Position numbers and translations under genes: made by a program | Part shown: positions 17,905 through 28,796 of the stretch, piece after piece | Numbering within the stretch: the stretch's first letter is position 1 | How the letters are laid out: the number at the start of each line of letters is the position of its first letter | Virus record (IMG/VR): IMGVR_UViG_3300020045_011880 | Span: 1-47,456 of that record | Reading direction: 5' to 3' (one strand) | Length of the DNA: 47,456 bases | Source: a virus | Lineage: Duplodnaviria > Caudoviricetes | The notes under the pieces: model-generated | Databases searched by the model: none | What the model saw: the letters and a program-made list of their open reading frames with translations, nothing else | What the model was told of the DNA's origin: nothing

Positions 17905-18204
17905 CTATTGGCTAAAGGTTACCGTGTACGTGCCAGCGGTAACCCCTGAAATTGAAACGGCAGACATAGAGAATCGAAATCCTACTATTACCGTTTCCCC
18001 TGTCCCTGCTGCAATCTCCGGCTGCTTCTGTGCGCCGTTTTGCATTGTTATTGTAATTGTAGCATCTTCTAAGTCAAAACCATTGCTATCAATCTGAACG
18101 CCATCGCGGATTTGAGCAGAAACATCATTGCAAGTCAGTGTATCCGATTCACCACCACATACCCATGTTACTTCTGTGTTGATAAAAGCATCAGTATTAG
18201 CCAT
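17905..18204 (-). CDS. Small beta-rich virion-associated protein (putative)
   Basis: Coupled to the upstream gene with SD agagga. Confidence 0.65.
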   Translation of the reverse strand: MANTDAFINTEVTWVCGGESDTLTCNDVSAQIRDGVQIDSNGFDLEDATITITMQNGAQKQPEIAAGTGETVIVGFRFSMSAVSISGVTAGTYTVTFSQ

Positions 18205-18205
18205 T

Positions 18206-20287
18206 TTACATTCCTCTTGCTGTTAAATAAATTGTGCCAAATTCGTCGCCGCCATCGCTCCCGCCAGAACCCGCACCGGGGCCGCTAACCCTAAATGTGG
18301 CCGAGAAAGTCCCCACCGTTACAGTAGAGTTTACGCTATCCATTGGGTTCACGGATGATGTTATCTTAAGTTCCAAAGTGTCGCTATTATTGATAACCCC
18401 ATCAGCAGAGGTGAATGACCCACCGTTTTTGCTGTATTCGCCGCCAACTATAGTTACATCTACCTCAACATTAAGGCCGGAAATAATAACCTCACTTGAA
18501 GTATATGGTGTGCTTGGATCAGCGCTGCTAACCGAGGTAAAGCTAAACGGATTAGGGGTTTCATCAATGACAACTTCTCCGTCAATCGTCTCAATGATAA
18601 AGCTGCGCCATTTGAAATCATCCACATTGTGATCCCATACGGTCTGCTCACCCGTGTAGGTTCCGGTAAATATTCCAGCTACGGATATCTCACCCTTTGT
18701 GCCATCAAAAGCTTCTTGGTTTCCAACCTTAAGTGGAGGGTTAAAGCCTGCGCCCACATTTCCATCGCCAAGGCTTTCGATAATGACAGCGGTGTATCCT
18801 GTCTTGGTGTAGGTGCTAGCGAATGATGCCGTTGTGTTATCCCCATCGCCAGCGGTAACACCAACAGAGCCAAGTCTCGGGCCAATTACTCCATCTGACA
18901 ATGCCGGACAGGTAAAAGTCCATGTATCGGCAGCGCCAGAAAAGATACTCACTGTTGAAACTCCGCCATCGCCATCATCTATGGTTAAAATTGTTGGCGT
19001 GTACGGCTCGCTGAATGTAATTGTTGTGGCCTGCCCCTCAATAAGTTGATCTATATCGAGTATCGAAGCGGATGCAACAGTTGAAAAATAGAAAGCCCGG
19101 TGAGCGTACATTGGTTCATCGGAATTGGAGCGCGACCACTCAGCAACCACGCTGCCGGTGGATGCGTTATCTCTTGCAATAAAAAGCGCCCAAACTCCAC
19201 GATAGTTTGTGTTGGTATCGCCATCACCCGTTGAAAATGGAGCATCAGCGGTTAGCGTTACCGTCAGCGGCGGATCATAAGAAGTGTTCCACCCCATGTA
19301 ATGCAACATCGACACGGAAAGGGAGCCGGCTGGAACGCCCGCAAGCGGCAGGGATGGATCTGAATAAGCCCCAGAGCTGTAAATTTCCTCTTCAAGGCCG
19401 CCAAGAATCACAACAGTATCTGCCGGTGGTCTGCCAACATTTGTTACGATTGTGTAATGCTGCCCACCTGCCAGAGTAGCAGTTAGATTGGATGTGGCGC
19501 CGGCAGAAGCCTGAACCCAATAAGCTTCCGTGAAGGCCTCGCCATCATCCAGAGTGGCCCCTATCTTGGCAAGCGTCTGCCCATTCCATGACATGGCGGT
19601 CATTGCCCCGCCTGCCTTTCTCCATGTGATTGAGCAATAAATAACATCGCCAGCAATGGCGGTTATAGATCGCGATATAACAGTGGTTTCGCCTTCGGAT
19701 GGCGTTACATAGGGGTCTGAACTTATGTGCAGAATTGAATCGAAAACATCTGATGACAATTCTTTGATAGTTATATTTATCGAAGCTCCGTCACGATACA
19801 GCGACCCACCAGCGTTGAGACCTGATAAAAAATCAGTATAAACTCCAATAGCTACGGATTCGCCATTATATAAAACCTCAAAATTTCCTTCGTTCTCATC
19901 TAAAATTATATCTATATAATTTTCGCCAAGGCCCTCGGGAAGATCAGCAACAGAAAGTATCAGTCCAGAGTTTGACCCACCGACTTGTTTCTGCACATAA
20001 ATCGTAGATCCACCCATTTCAGCCGCGATCCCGTTGCGCGATGAATCTATCAGAGTGGCAGCAATAGAGTCGCCAGAACCTGCAGCAATTCTGTCAAATA
20101 AAACCCTGCTGCGATAAATACCAGAGCTTGCGGTGTCGCTAACTAACTGCGAGTAAGTTCCAATACTTCCGCCGCAAATAGAAAGACCGTCAGGGCCCAT
20201 GCGAAAATTATCACCGCGATTTGTCCAGCCAGAAGGCGCGGAGTAAACAGCATTTGGAGTTCCTGAAAATGTTAGTTGTTCAGCCAT
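18206..20287 (-). CDS. Large acidic multi-domain virion/adhesin-like protein
   Basis: 693 aa, S/T/G/D rich; C-terminal Ig-like module DETPNPFSF...ISGL...GGEYSKNGG. Confidence 0.75.
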   Translation of the reverse strand: MAEQLTFSGTPNAVYSAPSGWTNRGDNFRMGPDGLSICGGSIGTYSQLVSDTASSGIYRSRVLFDRIAAGSGDSIAATLIDSSRNGIAAEMGGSTIYVQKQVGGSNSGLILSVADLPEGLGENYIDIILDENEGNFEVLYNGESVAIGVYTDFLSGLNAGGSLYRDGASINITIKELSSDVFDSILHISSDPYVTPSEGETTVISRSITAIAGDVIYCSITWRKAGGAMTAMSWNGQTLAKIGATLDDGEAFTEAYWVQASAGATSNLTATLAGGQHYTIVTNVGRPPADTVVILGGLEEEIYSSGAYSDPSLPLAGVPAGSLSVSMLHYMGWNTSYDPPLTVTLTADAPFSTGDGDTNTNYRGVWALFIARDNASTGSVVAEWSRSNSDEPMYAHRAFYFSTVASASILDIDQLIEGQATTITFSEPYTPTILTIDDGDGGVSTVSIFSGAADTWTFTCPALSDGVIGPRLGSVGVTAGDGDNTTASFASTYTKTGYTAVIIESLGDGNVGAGFNPPLKVGNQEAFDGTKGEISVAGIFTGTYTGEQTVWDHNVDDFKWRSFIIETIDGEVVIDETPNPFSFTSVSSADPSTPYTSSEVIISGLNVEVDVTIVGGEYSKNGGSFTSADGVINNSDTLELKITSSVNPMDSVNSTVTVGTFSATFRVSGPGAGSGGSDGGDEFGTIYLTARGM

Positions 20288-21198
20288 TATAAGTCCGCCA
20301 CTTTGGTAGATGGATCAATAAATATGTTGCCCATATTGTCTAGCCCGTTTGGTGCGCCATAGCCTTCCACGTCAGTTGCAGCAATTACCTGCTTAATCCA
20401 AAACGTGCCTCTATTGGCGGCGCCATCCGTATAAGGAACGCCGTTCCAGTAGTCACCCATGCCCCACTCGCGAAGAGCAGAGCCAACACCAACATTGGGC
20501 CCAATAAATTCATTAACCAATATGCCATTTATCCAGGCGCGGATAATGCCTGTACCATCGCTTTGCACGTGCACAAAAAGCTGAGAGGTAAACCACTCGC
20601 CAAGCGGGAACCCCATGAAGGTAGTTTCATCGCCAGCCTCAGCGACCTCACAAGAAATGCGCATTTTATTGGGAACAATAGCCACGTTCCGGCGCTGGAT
20701 GCTGGGCTGTAAATAGATGCGACCAAACCCCAATGATGGAGCAAGCACCATATCTTTCAGAATTCCAGGGCCGTCAGCATTTTGCCCGCAGATTGTTGCC
20801 GCCTCGTAATCTCCTGGAGTATTGTCGTAACAATAACCCCAGCTTTGTGTGACGGGGTGAAAGCGCTCCATTGATATCCATAGCTTTTTGCCAATCGGGA
20901 TATCAATCGGAAGATTTGAACGTCCGCAGAAGCTTTGTGATCCTCCGCATGCCGCAATATCTAAATTTGCCTGTGATTGCTGGTTTAGCGTTGTCTTAAG
21001 TGATCTTCCCGTGAGTTCTGGCTGGTCATCCGCATAAACTGATGTTGAGTGCCACCCAGGATAAGTTGCTCCCAGAGTTCCAGAGCTGAAGTCCTCCGCA
21101 ATCAATGGAACAAACGCACCTGGCTTATCACCTAATGCGTATCGACTATCATAGGTGTTGTCATTATTTTTGTAATATGTTTGCTTTGGTTGGGTCAT
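20287..21198 (-). CDS. Putative polysaccharide lyase/lectin-like (jelly-roll) protein
   Basis: FPLGEWF..QLFV...GIIRAWINGILV pattern; located in the tail-tip module. Confidence 0.55.
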   Translation of the reverse strand: MTQPKQTYYKNNDNTYDSRYALGDKPGAFVPLIAEDFSSGTLGATYPGWHSTSVYADDQPELTGRSLKTTLNQQSQANLDIAACGGSQSFCGRSNLPIDIPIGKKLWISMERFHPVTQSWGYCYDNTPGDYEAATICGQNADGPGILKDMVLAPSLGFGRIYLQPSIQRRNVAIVPNKMRISCEVAEAGDETTFMGFPLGEWFTSQLFVHVQSDGTGIIRAWINGILVNEFIGPNVGVGSALREWGMGDYWNGVPYTDGAANRGTFWIKQVIAATDVEGYGAPNGLDNMGNIFIDPSTKVADL

Positions 21199-21199
21199 T

Positions 21200-22090
21200 T
21201 TATACCGCCAATTTAATTGATTTAATTCTAACAGGATATGCAGAGCTTGAAGTATTAAGTCTAATAATCAGTGCATCATCGCCATTCCAGTCTGATGGAA
21301 CTACAAATTGACCGCTACCGCCTGACGCATTCAGGTAGGTTATTATTGCGGTGCTCGGTATTGAAGAGATTGTGTAACTAACACCATCATCGTAACCTAT
21401 ATTTATTGTTATCTCTGATACGGTGTCGATAATACTAAACTCAGAGTCAAACTCCACATCATAAACAGCATCCGGAGAAAATCCAGGGTATGGTGGATTA
21501 ATTCCGACATCAGGGAAAACTCCCGATGTCGGCACAACATTCAGAATAAGCTTTGTAAAATAAGCATCATTTCGCTGTGAAAATAAATTTAGATTTAAGA
21601 TTTCATCTGGATCTTCAATTATTTTGAAGATTGAGTGCAATATAAAATCAAAATTATCATCATTGAAAAACACATATATATAAATGCTGTCGGTAGGTGT
21701 CCAGTCTTCAGGGATTCTTATGTAGCCAGATCGTTTAAGGTATTTTCCTTCAGTGAGTGCGCTCACTATCGGCACCTGATAGGCCCCATCAAAAGATATA
21801 AATAGAACGCCGCCGTCGGTTGATTCTGCGGCAAGGGCTGGACAGCTAACACTAACGGCGTATACCCCGCCCGCGACAAATTCTTCATGCGGCGGCAATA
21901 CAAAATAAGCATGCATGGAGAAATTGGCGCCATCAAATTTGTAGTCACTATTGCTCAGCCATGAATTCCCCGGGGATGCATCGAAAAACATTCCTGGAAT
22001 CAGCAAATCATCCGGCCCATCCGGGTCAGGCCCCGGAGGAATGACTTCGCCAATCACAAATGGCTTTTCTGCCCAGATTCCAGGTATCAT
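21200..22090 (-). CDS. Hypothetical tail-associated protein
   Basis: 296 aa; MIPGIWA start typical of partners of short fibre proteins. Confidence 0.65.
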   Translation of the reverse strand: MIPGIWAEKPFVIGEVIPPGPDPDGPDDLLIPGMFFDASPGNSWLSNSDYKFDGANFSMHAYFVLPPHEEFVAGGVYAVSVSCPALAAESTDGGVLFISFDGAYQVPIVSALTEGKYLKRSGYIRIPEDWTPTDSIYIYVFFNDDNFDFILHSIFKIIEDPDEILNLNLFSQRNDAYFTKLILNVVPTSGVFPDVGINPPYPGFSPDAVYDVEFDSEFSIIDTVSEITINIGYDDGVSYTISSIPSTAIITYLNASGGSGQFVVPSDWNGDDALIIRLNTSSSAYPVRIKSIKLAV

Positions 22091-22551
22091 TCCGCTGCCA
22101 CCGTTTGTCCGGTTAGGTCATAGGTATTCAGGCCTACTCTAATCAGGCTCACAGTTCCGTTCGGCGGTACGTCAAGAGTTCCACCGGCATTTGGCGTTAT
22201 TGTTACTCCATCACCAGGCAAAACAGTTAAATTTCCAGATCCTGCATTTCTGAAATTCCATATAATGGATGACGTTTCCGCAGACGTATTTACAGTAACC
22301 GTTTTTTCGCTAGTGCTTGTCATCCTGCGATATTCGCCGCGATGAGCATCTTCAATTGTGTAGTTTTCGTTGGGATCGTTAACAATTTCAGCAAAGCCAA
22401 CGCGATCATTAAACCATTCAAGGGCGGCATTGAATTGATCAGTGAACAGCGCAAGTGCGGCAGTCCAAGCCTTGGCATTTATATTGAATACCCGGGTGCC
22501 TTGCGACTTCTGCGGGTCTTGTGGTAGCGGGTCAACATAGGGAGCTGTCAT
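22087..22551 (-). CDS. Short tail fibre/adaptor protein
   Basis: N-terminal PLPQDP...F...A..W.AAL..F anchor helix followed by a beta domain. Confidence 0.65.
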   Translation of the reverse strand: MTAPYVDPLPQDPQKSQGTRVFNINAKAWTAALALFTDQFNAALEWFNDRVGFAEIVNDPNENYTIEDAHRGEYRRMTSTSEKTVTVNTSAETSSIIWNFRNAGSGNLTVLPGDGVTITPNAGGTLDVPPNGTVSLIRVGLNTYDLTGQTVAAE

Positions 22552-22552
22552 T

Positions 22553-24148
22553 TTAAATGCCTTCTATTGTCATGCTGCAGAATGAATCTGCGGGTGTGCT
22601 GAACAAAATTGAAAAGTCTTTGTAAAAACCGTAAATTATGGTCGCCTCATAATCTTGGTGTCCGATATACACAGAGGGCGTTGCCCTTACCGCCGCAAGG
22701 GTGTCGCGGACAAAGCTTTCGTAGCCCGGCTCGACAATAATTTTAAGGTCAGCCCTACCAACAAATGCGCGCTCTTGGATGTAGTAGTTGCCAAACAGGT
22801 CAGGCTCTTTTGTCGAATAGTCGATGATACCTATTGAGCTGCCATATTCAGTATAGCCCAACACTACACCCTCGCCAACTATAACCTTACCAAGCCTGGT
22901 TTCATCTGTGTCATCCTCCCCATGAATCTGTACCGTTATAGTGCATCCTTCATTTTCAGGGAAGTCATAAAGTGTCACATTCTTAATGATCTGGCGGCGG
23001 CCAAACAGGTAATCCCACCAAGTCGCTTCTGGTGGGTCGCCAACCAAATCTATCGTTTTTTCATAAATCAGCCCATCTACCGGGCTTGTCATCGCCACAT
23101 AGGCGGTAATCCCATGGATATTCAGCAGGGATAGGGAGCTTACCGGGGTGTCAACTGCCACAGTGAAAATTATCGGGGAGTCATTTATTGACTGCAGATC
23201 TGACCCGACCTCATAGTCAAACATGCGCCAGCGATTGGTCGCCCCAATATCCAACCACTTGGGGGTGGTTCCGGTCGAGTTGTCCGGCGGGAATTCTCCG
23301 GTGGTGGTCGTAACCGCCTGGTAATTTCGGTGATAAGTGCTGCGCACCATTACCCGGTCGCCCGCAATATAAGGAGTTGCCGGATTATAGTCTGGGTAGT
23401 CATCCTCGGGGATGTTGCTTGATGCCATTGTTGGTGGGGAACCGTATACGTCCTCCGCCCTAGTCTCCGCAGTATCTTCCGTCTCTATGTAGCTGCTAGA
23501 CACATTCCCCGCTTCAATTTGCGCTCCATAAATAAAAATGCTATCTGTGGATGAGCCCTCTATAGAAATATTTATTGCAGATGCTGGATCAACAGCGCCA
23601 AAAATAAAGCATCTGTACCATCCGTTGGGCAGGGCTTGAATTGATGATTTTTCTTCGCCAGAAGATATTGTGCCATTAGTTAAATCAAAGAAGCATGGCG
23701 GAGATCCGCCAACACCGCCAAGCCTTAATATCCCAGTTCCTGAACCCGGGTATTTCGCATAAATGGATATCGCCGCAATTTCCCCTGGAGAAAAAGGCAC
23801 AGATTGGGTTAGCGAAGCTGATCCAGCCTCGTTATAAGACCAGCACCCAGAAGTTCCCTCTGGGTTTATTTCTGCCGGTTCATCAGTTACCGTTGCTGCA
23901 AAATTTTTACTCCAGTCAGCATTTGAGAAGTCATTTGAGTAAGTAATGAAATTTGTTGATTCAGTCTCAATTATTGCCCCGATAGGCGCAAGCGTAGTGG
24001 GGTTGTACCCTTGTCGCAAAATATCGGGGTCCTCAAACGCAAGAAAACCACTTGAGTTATAATATGACGCCACTGTGTCGCGGCTAAATGCTAGCGTATT
24101 GAACACAATAGGGCGGCATACCATCATTGGCTTTATATCTTGTCTCAT
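22553..24148 (-). CDS. Distal tail/tail-tip protein with inserted carbohydrate-binding domain
   Basis: Directly after the tape measure; WLDIGATNRWRMFD and IIDYSTKEPDLFGN core; insert TNFITYSNDFS...LPNGWYRC...YGAQIE; start set at MRQDIK. Confidence 0.72.
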   Translation of the reverse strand: MRQDIKPMMVCRPIVFNTLAFSRDTVASYYNSSGFLAFEDPDILRQGYNPTTLAPIGAIIETESTNFITYSNDFSNADWSKNFAATVTDEPAEINPEGTSGCWSYNEAGSASLTQSVPFSPGEIAAISIYAKYPGSGTGILRLGGVGGSPPCFFDLTNGTISSGEEKSSIQALPNGWYRCFIFGAVDPASAINISIEGSSTDSIFIYGAQIEAGNVSSSYIETEDTAETRAEDVYGSPPTMASSNIPEDDYPDYNPATPYIAGDRVMVRSTYHRNYQAVTTTTGEFPPDNSTGTTPKWLDIGATNRWRMFDYEVGSDLQSINDSPIIFTVAVDTPVSSLSLLNIHGITAYVAMTSPVDGLIYEKTIDLVGDPPEATWWDYLFGRRQIIKNVTLYDFPENEGCTITVQIHGEDDTDETRLGKVIVGEGVVLGYTEYGSSIGIIDYSTKEPDLFGNYYIQERAFVGRADLKIIVEPGYESFVRDTLAAVRATPSVYIGHQDYEATIIYGFYKDFSILFSTPADSFCSMTIEGI

Positions 24149-24149
24149 C

Positions 24150-27100
24150 TTATACGGCCCTCTCTGGCGGCATACCAACAGTGTCAAACTTATCAAGAAT
24201 CTTTTTAATTTTATCAGTATTATCGGCAACGGCCAATTGAGAGGCGCGCATAAATTCTTTAAAGTCCTGGTCTTGTTTTTCACGTTGTGCGGCCTGCTGC
24301 TTGGCTTCATCAATCGCCGTTTGTTGTTGTGGCGTTACAGTTTCAAGTGATGAGCCTGCAGCCATATCAATGAATCGTTTGTTTTGAGTTGCTGGAGACT
24401 CTACGCCTGCCGCAGACGCAAAAGATCTCAGCGCCTCGGCAACGCTCAGAACGCTAATATCTATCCCGCTGAGAACATCAAGCTGCGCTTTTCCCCACAC
24501 CAGCAAATCATCAAGAGCCGTGGATTGCTTCTCAAGCTCTGCCAGTGATTTCTCATCGGTGCTAACCTGGGCTCCGGCAATATCCTGCAAATCCTTGATG
24601 GTGTTGGCGGTCGCATAGAAATCAGCCGCATACTCTTGAAAGCTTCCGTAGAGGCTTTCCGATGGCTGAGAAATTACAGACAGCGCATTATTCAGATCGT
24701 CGATGTTTGGAAGATTGCCACCCTTTGCCGCGCCAAGCATATCAGAAAGCTGACCCTGAGCCTGCCTGCGCGTAGCTTCCTGGGTTTTCTTGCTGCTAAT
24801 GACCATTCCATCAAGGGCAGAGCCTAGGGCGGCGTAGACTGATCTTGAGACACTCAGGGCTTCATTCATCGAAGCAATCTGTTTGTCGATTATTTTCTTC
24901 TGGGCATCCACGGCACGGCTGAGTCCAGAATAGGCGTTTTGCGCGATTTCAATCTGAGCCGCCTTTGCCGCCTCCGCCTGATCATCAAGCGCATCTATAT
25001 ACTGATCAAGTGCGCCACTTACCTTTATAAGTGAGGCAAATTGTTTTGCCTGAGCATCATCAGTAAGATCGAGGGCGGATATTAAATTCTTGAACTCCTC
25101 TCTAGTCTTTGGAACTGACAGACCAAGGTCACCAAAGTAATCCTGGATTGATTCTCCAGCCTCTTTTATTTTATCGTCAAGAGAGAAAAACTTATCGTAA
25201 TAAACCGCCAGAGACGATGAAAGCGCATCAAATCCGCCTGACAATTCGGCAACATTTTGGCCGGCATAAATTGCAGCAAGGCCGGTTGCGCTCATATTCA
25301 ATCCAAGCCTTCCAACATAATCAACAAAAGTGTTGGTTTGGGATGCCAGCCTAACCATTGTGTCAAAGGCACCCTCGCCAACCTCCTGAAAATCAAGAAG
25401 GATTTTTGAGTACTCTCCGACCTTTCCTTTTGTTTTTAGGATTATTCCAGAAAACATGCCATCGGTATTGTCTTGCGCTTTTAATATTGTCTCTGCCCAC
25501 GAATCAAGAGTAGAGCTAAAAAACGTCTCTATTGCTGCGGTCAGCTCGTCGCCCTCAAGATCTTTTAGAGAAATGTCCTGAGCCTTAATTAAAAGCCTGC
25601 TGGAGAATTCATCGAAATTTATACCGAAAACCTTGGAGGCTTCTTTTAATGCGTCTCCAGCAGACTCAAAAACATCAGTGAACTGCTGCTCAAAAATATT
25701 TCCAAGATCTTCCGATTTTCTGTTGAGGTCGCTGTCGGTTTTTATGCCTACGACTTTTGTCGTTGTTTTTATGTCAGCATAGCTCTGGGCCTGAATAACT
25801 CCGCCGCTGATAATTTCGCCAAGGCTTGATCCAAAAACCTCTATACCGGTGTCAATTACTTTTTTGCTCTTGCTGTAAATTGCCTTCGATACCTTGTCGA
25901 TTACATTATTAATAAATGATCCTATTTCCCCCCCAATTGCATCAGCGACAAGCTTTACGCCAATGCCAATATAGCCGCCAGTTATTGCAGCGCCAGCAAA
26001 TGAATTTAAAGTGGATGTCCCGGTGGACACCTCAACGGGGTTTCTGGTGAGTGTTTTTGAAAACCCGGCAGCAGTCTGAGCTATTCCAGTTCTAATATCC
26101 TGCAGCGTGAAAAGCATTTGATAATTTACATCAAGCACATTTCCATTAACAGAATCAAGATGTTCTATTGATTTTGCTATGGATTGAGAGTGCTTATTGC
26201 CTTCGCCAAGAATTGCAGACAATCCTTGGTTCGCCTGTTTGTATTCTGCGGTAAGCTTTAGGAATTTTTCATCTTGTTTTTTGTTCCACAGGCCGACAAG
26301 TGAAACAGTCACTGCGGCCGCTGCCGCGTATAGGCCCGCCTTGCCGATACCGGCACCCTGCGCAACCGATGAGCCGCCGCCAGTAAGTGACTGCTGGATA
26401 TTCAGGATGATAGGCTTAGTGATGGCCTCGTGAGCCATTTCGGCAATAGTCTGAAAGAATGCCTTCTTGATGCCATCGAACACATCCATAGAGCCATCCA
26501 GCAGGCCAACCCAAACATCTGCAAACACGCCATTAATTCTCTCTGCGGCATCTTCTGAAAACTCAATGAGTGATTTTGTTTTTTCATTTGAGTCCAAAAT
26601 TTTCGCTTGATTTATTAGCTGTTTAGCTTGAGCGCTTTCTATTCCGTTCTCAATATTCAATATGCCATTTTTTATGTCATATATGGTTTTCTGAACTCGC
26701 GTGGCGTTGCCACCAATATCAATTTCTCTTTGCTGGCTTACAATAAGATCATCTATCTTTTTTATTGATTCCTTGGACTCTTCCAGCTTCTTGTTTGCGA
26801 TGAGCTGACTGTAATATTCATTTGTAAGGCTCTCATTTACCTTTAGTATTCCATTGTCAAGCTCATATTGCATTTTGGACGATTCAAGATTGTTTTTTGA
26901 GTTGTCAAACCCAGAAAAGGCAACAGCCTCTGCGCTCTTGTCAATCGCCAGCTTTCTTTCATTGAGGTCGAGTATCTTAGTGAGGTTCAGCATCTCCTTA
27001 GCTTGCGCGCTATTTATCCCGCCATTTATTTTTACAAGGCCGCTCCGTATGTCGTACTCTGTCTGCTGTGCTTTTGATATTATTCCAAAAAGATCCACAT

Positions 27101-28322
27101 CGCGCTTGAGGCTTAGTATTTTATCTTTTGCGGATTTCTCTTGCTGCTCATACAATGAAACACTGCTGGATGCTATGTCATTCTCTTCCCTCATGGCTCT
27201 ATTTATTTCTAATTGATCCTTTATCTTTTGCTGCTGCTCCGATGTCCCGCCTTGTTTTTTTGCAGTGGTATCTGAAACCTGTGCCGACAGCTCCTTAGCC
27301 AAAGCGGTATTTTTTACAATCTCTGCATTTTTAAGCTTGAGGGCCAGCGTTTCATCATCCAGCGACTTAATGTATTGGTCTACAGTCGCGGAATTAAATC
27401 TCTTTGACTCAACCACATAGGCTTCTAAATTTTCCTTTGTTAGGCCGGCCTGAATTCCTTTTTGGCGATAAAGAGCATCACCATGTAAGCCAACCATGGC
27501 GGTTCTGTCTCGCAATGACTGAATTAATTTTTTTGCTCCTTCAATGTCATAATCTTCTGATATTTTTTTATTTATTACATCATATTGCAAAGTTAAAGCG
27601 TTTAGCTCTTCCTGTTCCTTTTTTATTTTCTTTGTATTGTTTATGGTTTGCTGGTATGCGATTGGCGCAACACCCGGGCCGGTAGATATGTATTTTGTTA
27701 CCTGCCTTCCATTCTCTGCATTTAATTTTTTAATTGCAGCTTCTTGTTTGTTTATTGACTTGGTAAGATCATTGGATTCTTTTATTTTTTTATTAGTTAT
27801 GTCCCTGTTTGCAAGGTCAAGATGAATACGCTCGGCTTCAGTAAGGTCGCGGATGCTTTTAGCCATCTCTTCTGCGTTATCGCCAAGATCTTCCATAGCT
27901 TTTGAGGCAGACATTAAAGATTGAAATAAAACACCGCCAATCGCCGCACCAACAGCCAGCACCGCGCCAACAATTACGCCAGTTGGCCCAAACGCACTGG
28001 CCAGCTGCGACCCCTGCTGACCCAGTATTGTGAAAGCGCTTGTCCCCATCTGAACCTGAACCGCAACATCCTGCAGCTGGTAGCCTGCCGCCTGAGCATA
28101 TTTGCCAAGGTTGGAGACGCCCTCCCCAGCTTCTGACGCGCCACGCCCTATCGATCCGAGCTGGTTTGATTTTTTTGCAGTGTCTGTTATCTTTTTTCCT
28201 AGAGCATCAGTAGCATCTCCAGCCCTTTTCATCTGGTCGGCCATTTTGTCTGCTGCATCATTGGCCCTGTCAATATCGGTAGTGTTGGCCTCGACGCTGT
28301 ACTGAATAGTGCCTAAATCCAC
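24150..28322 (-). CDS. Tail tape measure protein
   Basis: 1390 aa, helical, Ala/Lys rich; lambda-type GYQLQDVAVQ...GQQGSQL motif; follows the tail chaperones. Confidence 0.93.
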   Translation of the reverse strand: MDLGTIQYSVEANTTDIDRANDAADKMADQMKRAGDATDALGKKITDTAKKSNQLGSIGRGASEAGEGVSNLGKYAQAAGYQLQDVAVQVQMGTSAFTILGQQGSQLASAFGPTGVIVGAVLAVGAAIGGVLFQSLMSASKAMEDLGDNAEEMAKSIRDLTEAERIHLDLANRDITNKKIKESNDLTKSINKQEAAIKKLNAENGRQVTKYISTGPGVAPIAYQQTINNTKKIKKEQEELNALTLQYDVINKKISEDYDIEGAKKLIQSLRDRTAMVGLHGDALYRQKGIQAGLTKENLEAYVVESKRFNSATVDQYIKSLDDETLALKLKNAEIVKNTALAKELSAQVSDTTAKKQGGTSEQQQKIKDQLEINRAMREENDIASSSVSLYEQQEKSAKDKILSLKRDVDLFGIISKAQQTEYDIRSGLVKINGGINSAQAKEMLNLTKILDLNERKLAIDKSAEAVAFSGFDNSKNNLESSKMQYELDNGILKVNESLTNEYYSQLIANKKLEESKESIKKIDDLIVSQQREIDIGGNATRVQKTIYDIKNGILNIENGIESAQAKQLINQAKILDSNEKTKSLIEFSEDAAERINGVFADVWVGLLDGSMDVFDGIKKAFFQTIAEMAHEAITKPIILNIQQSLTGGGSSVAQGAGIGKAGLYAAAAAVTVSLVGLWNKKQDEKFLKLTAEYKQANQGLSAILGEGNKHSQSIAKSIEHLDSVNGNVLDVNYQMLFTLQDIRTGIAQTAAGFSKTLTRNPVEVSTGTSTLNSFAGAAITGGYIGIGVKLVADAIGGEIGSFINNVIDKVSKAIYSKSKKVIDTGIEVFGSSLGEIISGGVIQAQSYADIKTTTKVVGIKTDSDLNRKSEDLGNIFEQQFTDVFESAGDALKEASKVFGINFDEFSSRLLIKAQDISLKDLEGDELTAAIETFFSSTLDSWAETILKAQDNTDGMFSGIILKTKGKVGEYSKILLDFQEVGEGAFDTMVRLASQTNTFVDYVGRLGLNMSATGLAAIYAGQNVAELSGGFDALSSSLAVYYDKFFSLDDKIKEAGESIQDYFGDLGLSVPKTREEFKNLISALDLTDDAQAKQFASLIKVSGALDQYIDALDDQAEAAKAAQIEIAQNAYSGLSRAVDAQKKIIDKQIASMNEALSVSRSVYAALGSALDGMVISSKKTQEATRRQAQGQLSDMLGAAKGGNLPNIDDLNNALSVISQPSESLYGSFQEYAADFYATANTIKDLQDIAGAQVSTDEKSLAELEKQSTALDDLLVWGKAQLDVLSGIDISVLSVAEALRSFASAAGVESPATQNKRFIDMAAGSSLETVTPQQQTAIDEAKQQAAQREKQDQDFKEFMRASQLAVADNTDKIKKILDKFDTVGMPPERAV

Positions 28323-28326
28323 GATA

Positions 28327-28796
28327 TTACCTCTTTTTCTTTGGCTTGCTTATGGGCTGGTGTTTTTGATCTTCTTGACGCAGTTTTTTTGACTCTTCAA
28401 TCTCGCGCTTAATATTGTAGGCCTCCATATCCTCAACGCCTTTCACCCAGGGTGCAGGGCTTTTTGCTGAGATATTGGTCTGGCCAACATAGGCTCGGCT
28501 TAGGTCGCGAATTGTGGAACACTCAAAACCTGAAAGCGGTAATCCTGAGCACTCGCGGAACGCATGAATCTCTCTAAAGTCTAGCGCTATCATGCCCATC
28601 GCGCCACTCAATCCAGGGCCAATGGTAAGCATATATTCAATGAGGTATTCGAGCCCGAAGGTTTGCGGCATATCTGGATCAGTACCGCGAATCTGACGCA
28701 CTACATCTATCCGGCTGGTTTTTGCCCCCTCTGGCGCGGTGTTTAGCCACGCCAGGTACTTTACATAGGTAAATAGGTGGGGGACAGCCGCTAGAT
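28327..28796 (-). CDS. Tail assembly chaperone, frameshifted C-terminal part (gpT-like)
   Basis: The -1 frame is open from the slippery site: YLAAVPHLFTYVKYLAWL... into ORF 28327-28701. Confidence 0.8.

Noticed and set aside
13848-24148. Diversity-generating retroelement or invertible fibre switch
   Set aside because: No reverse transcriptase or invertase, and I saw no template/variable repeat pair by eye; a self dot-plot would confirm
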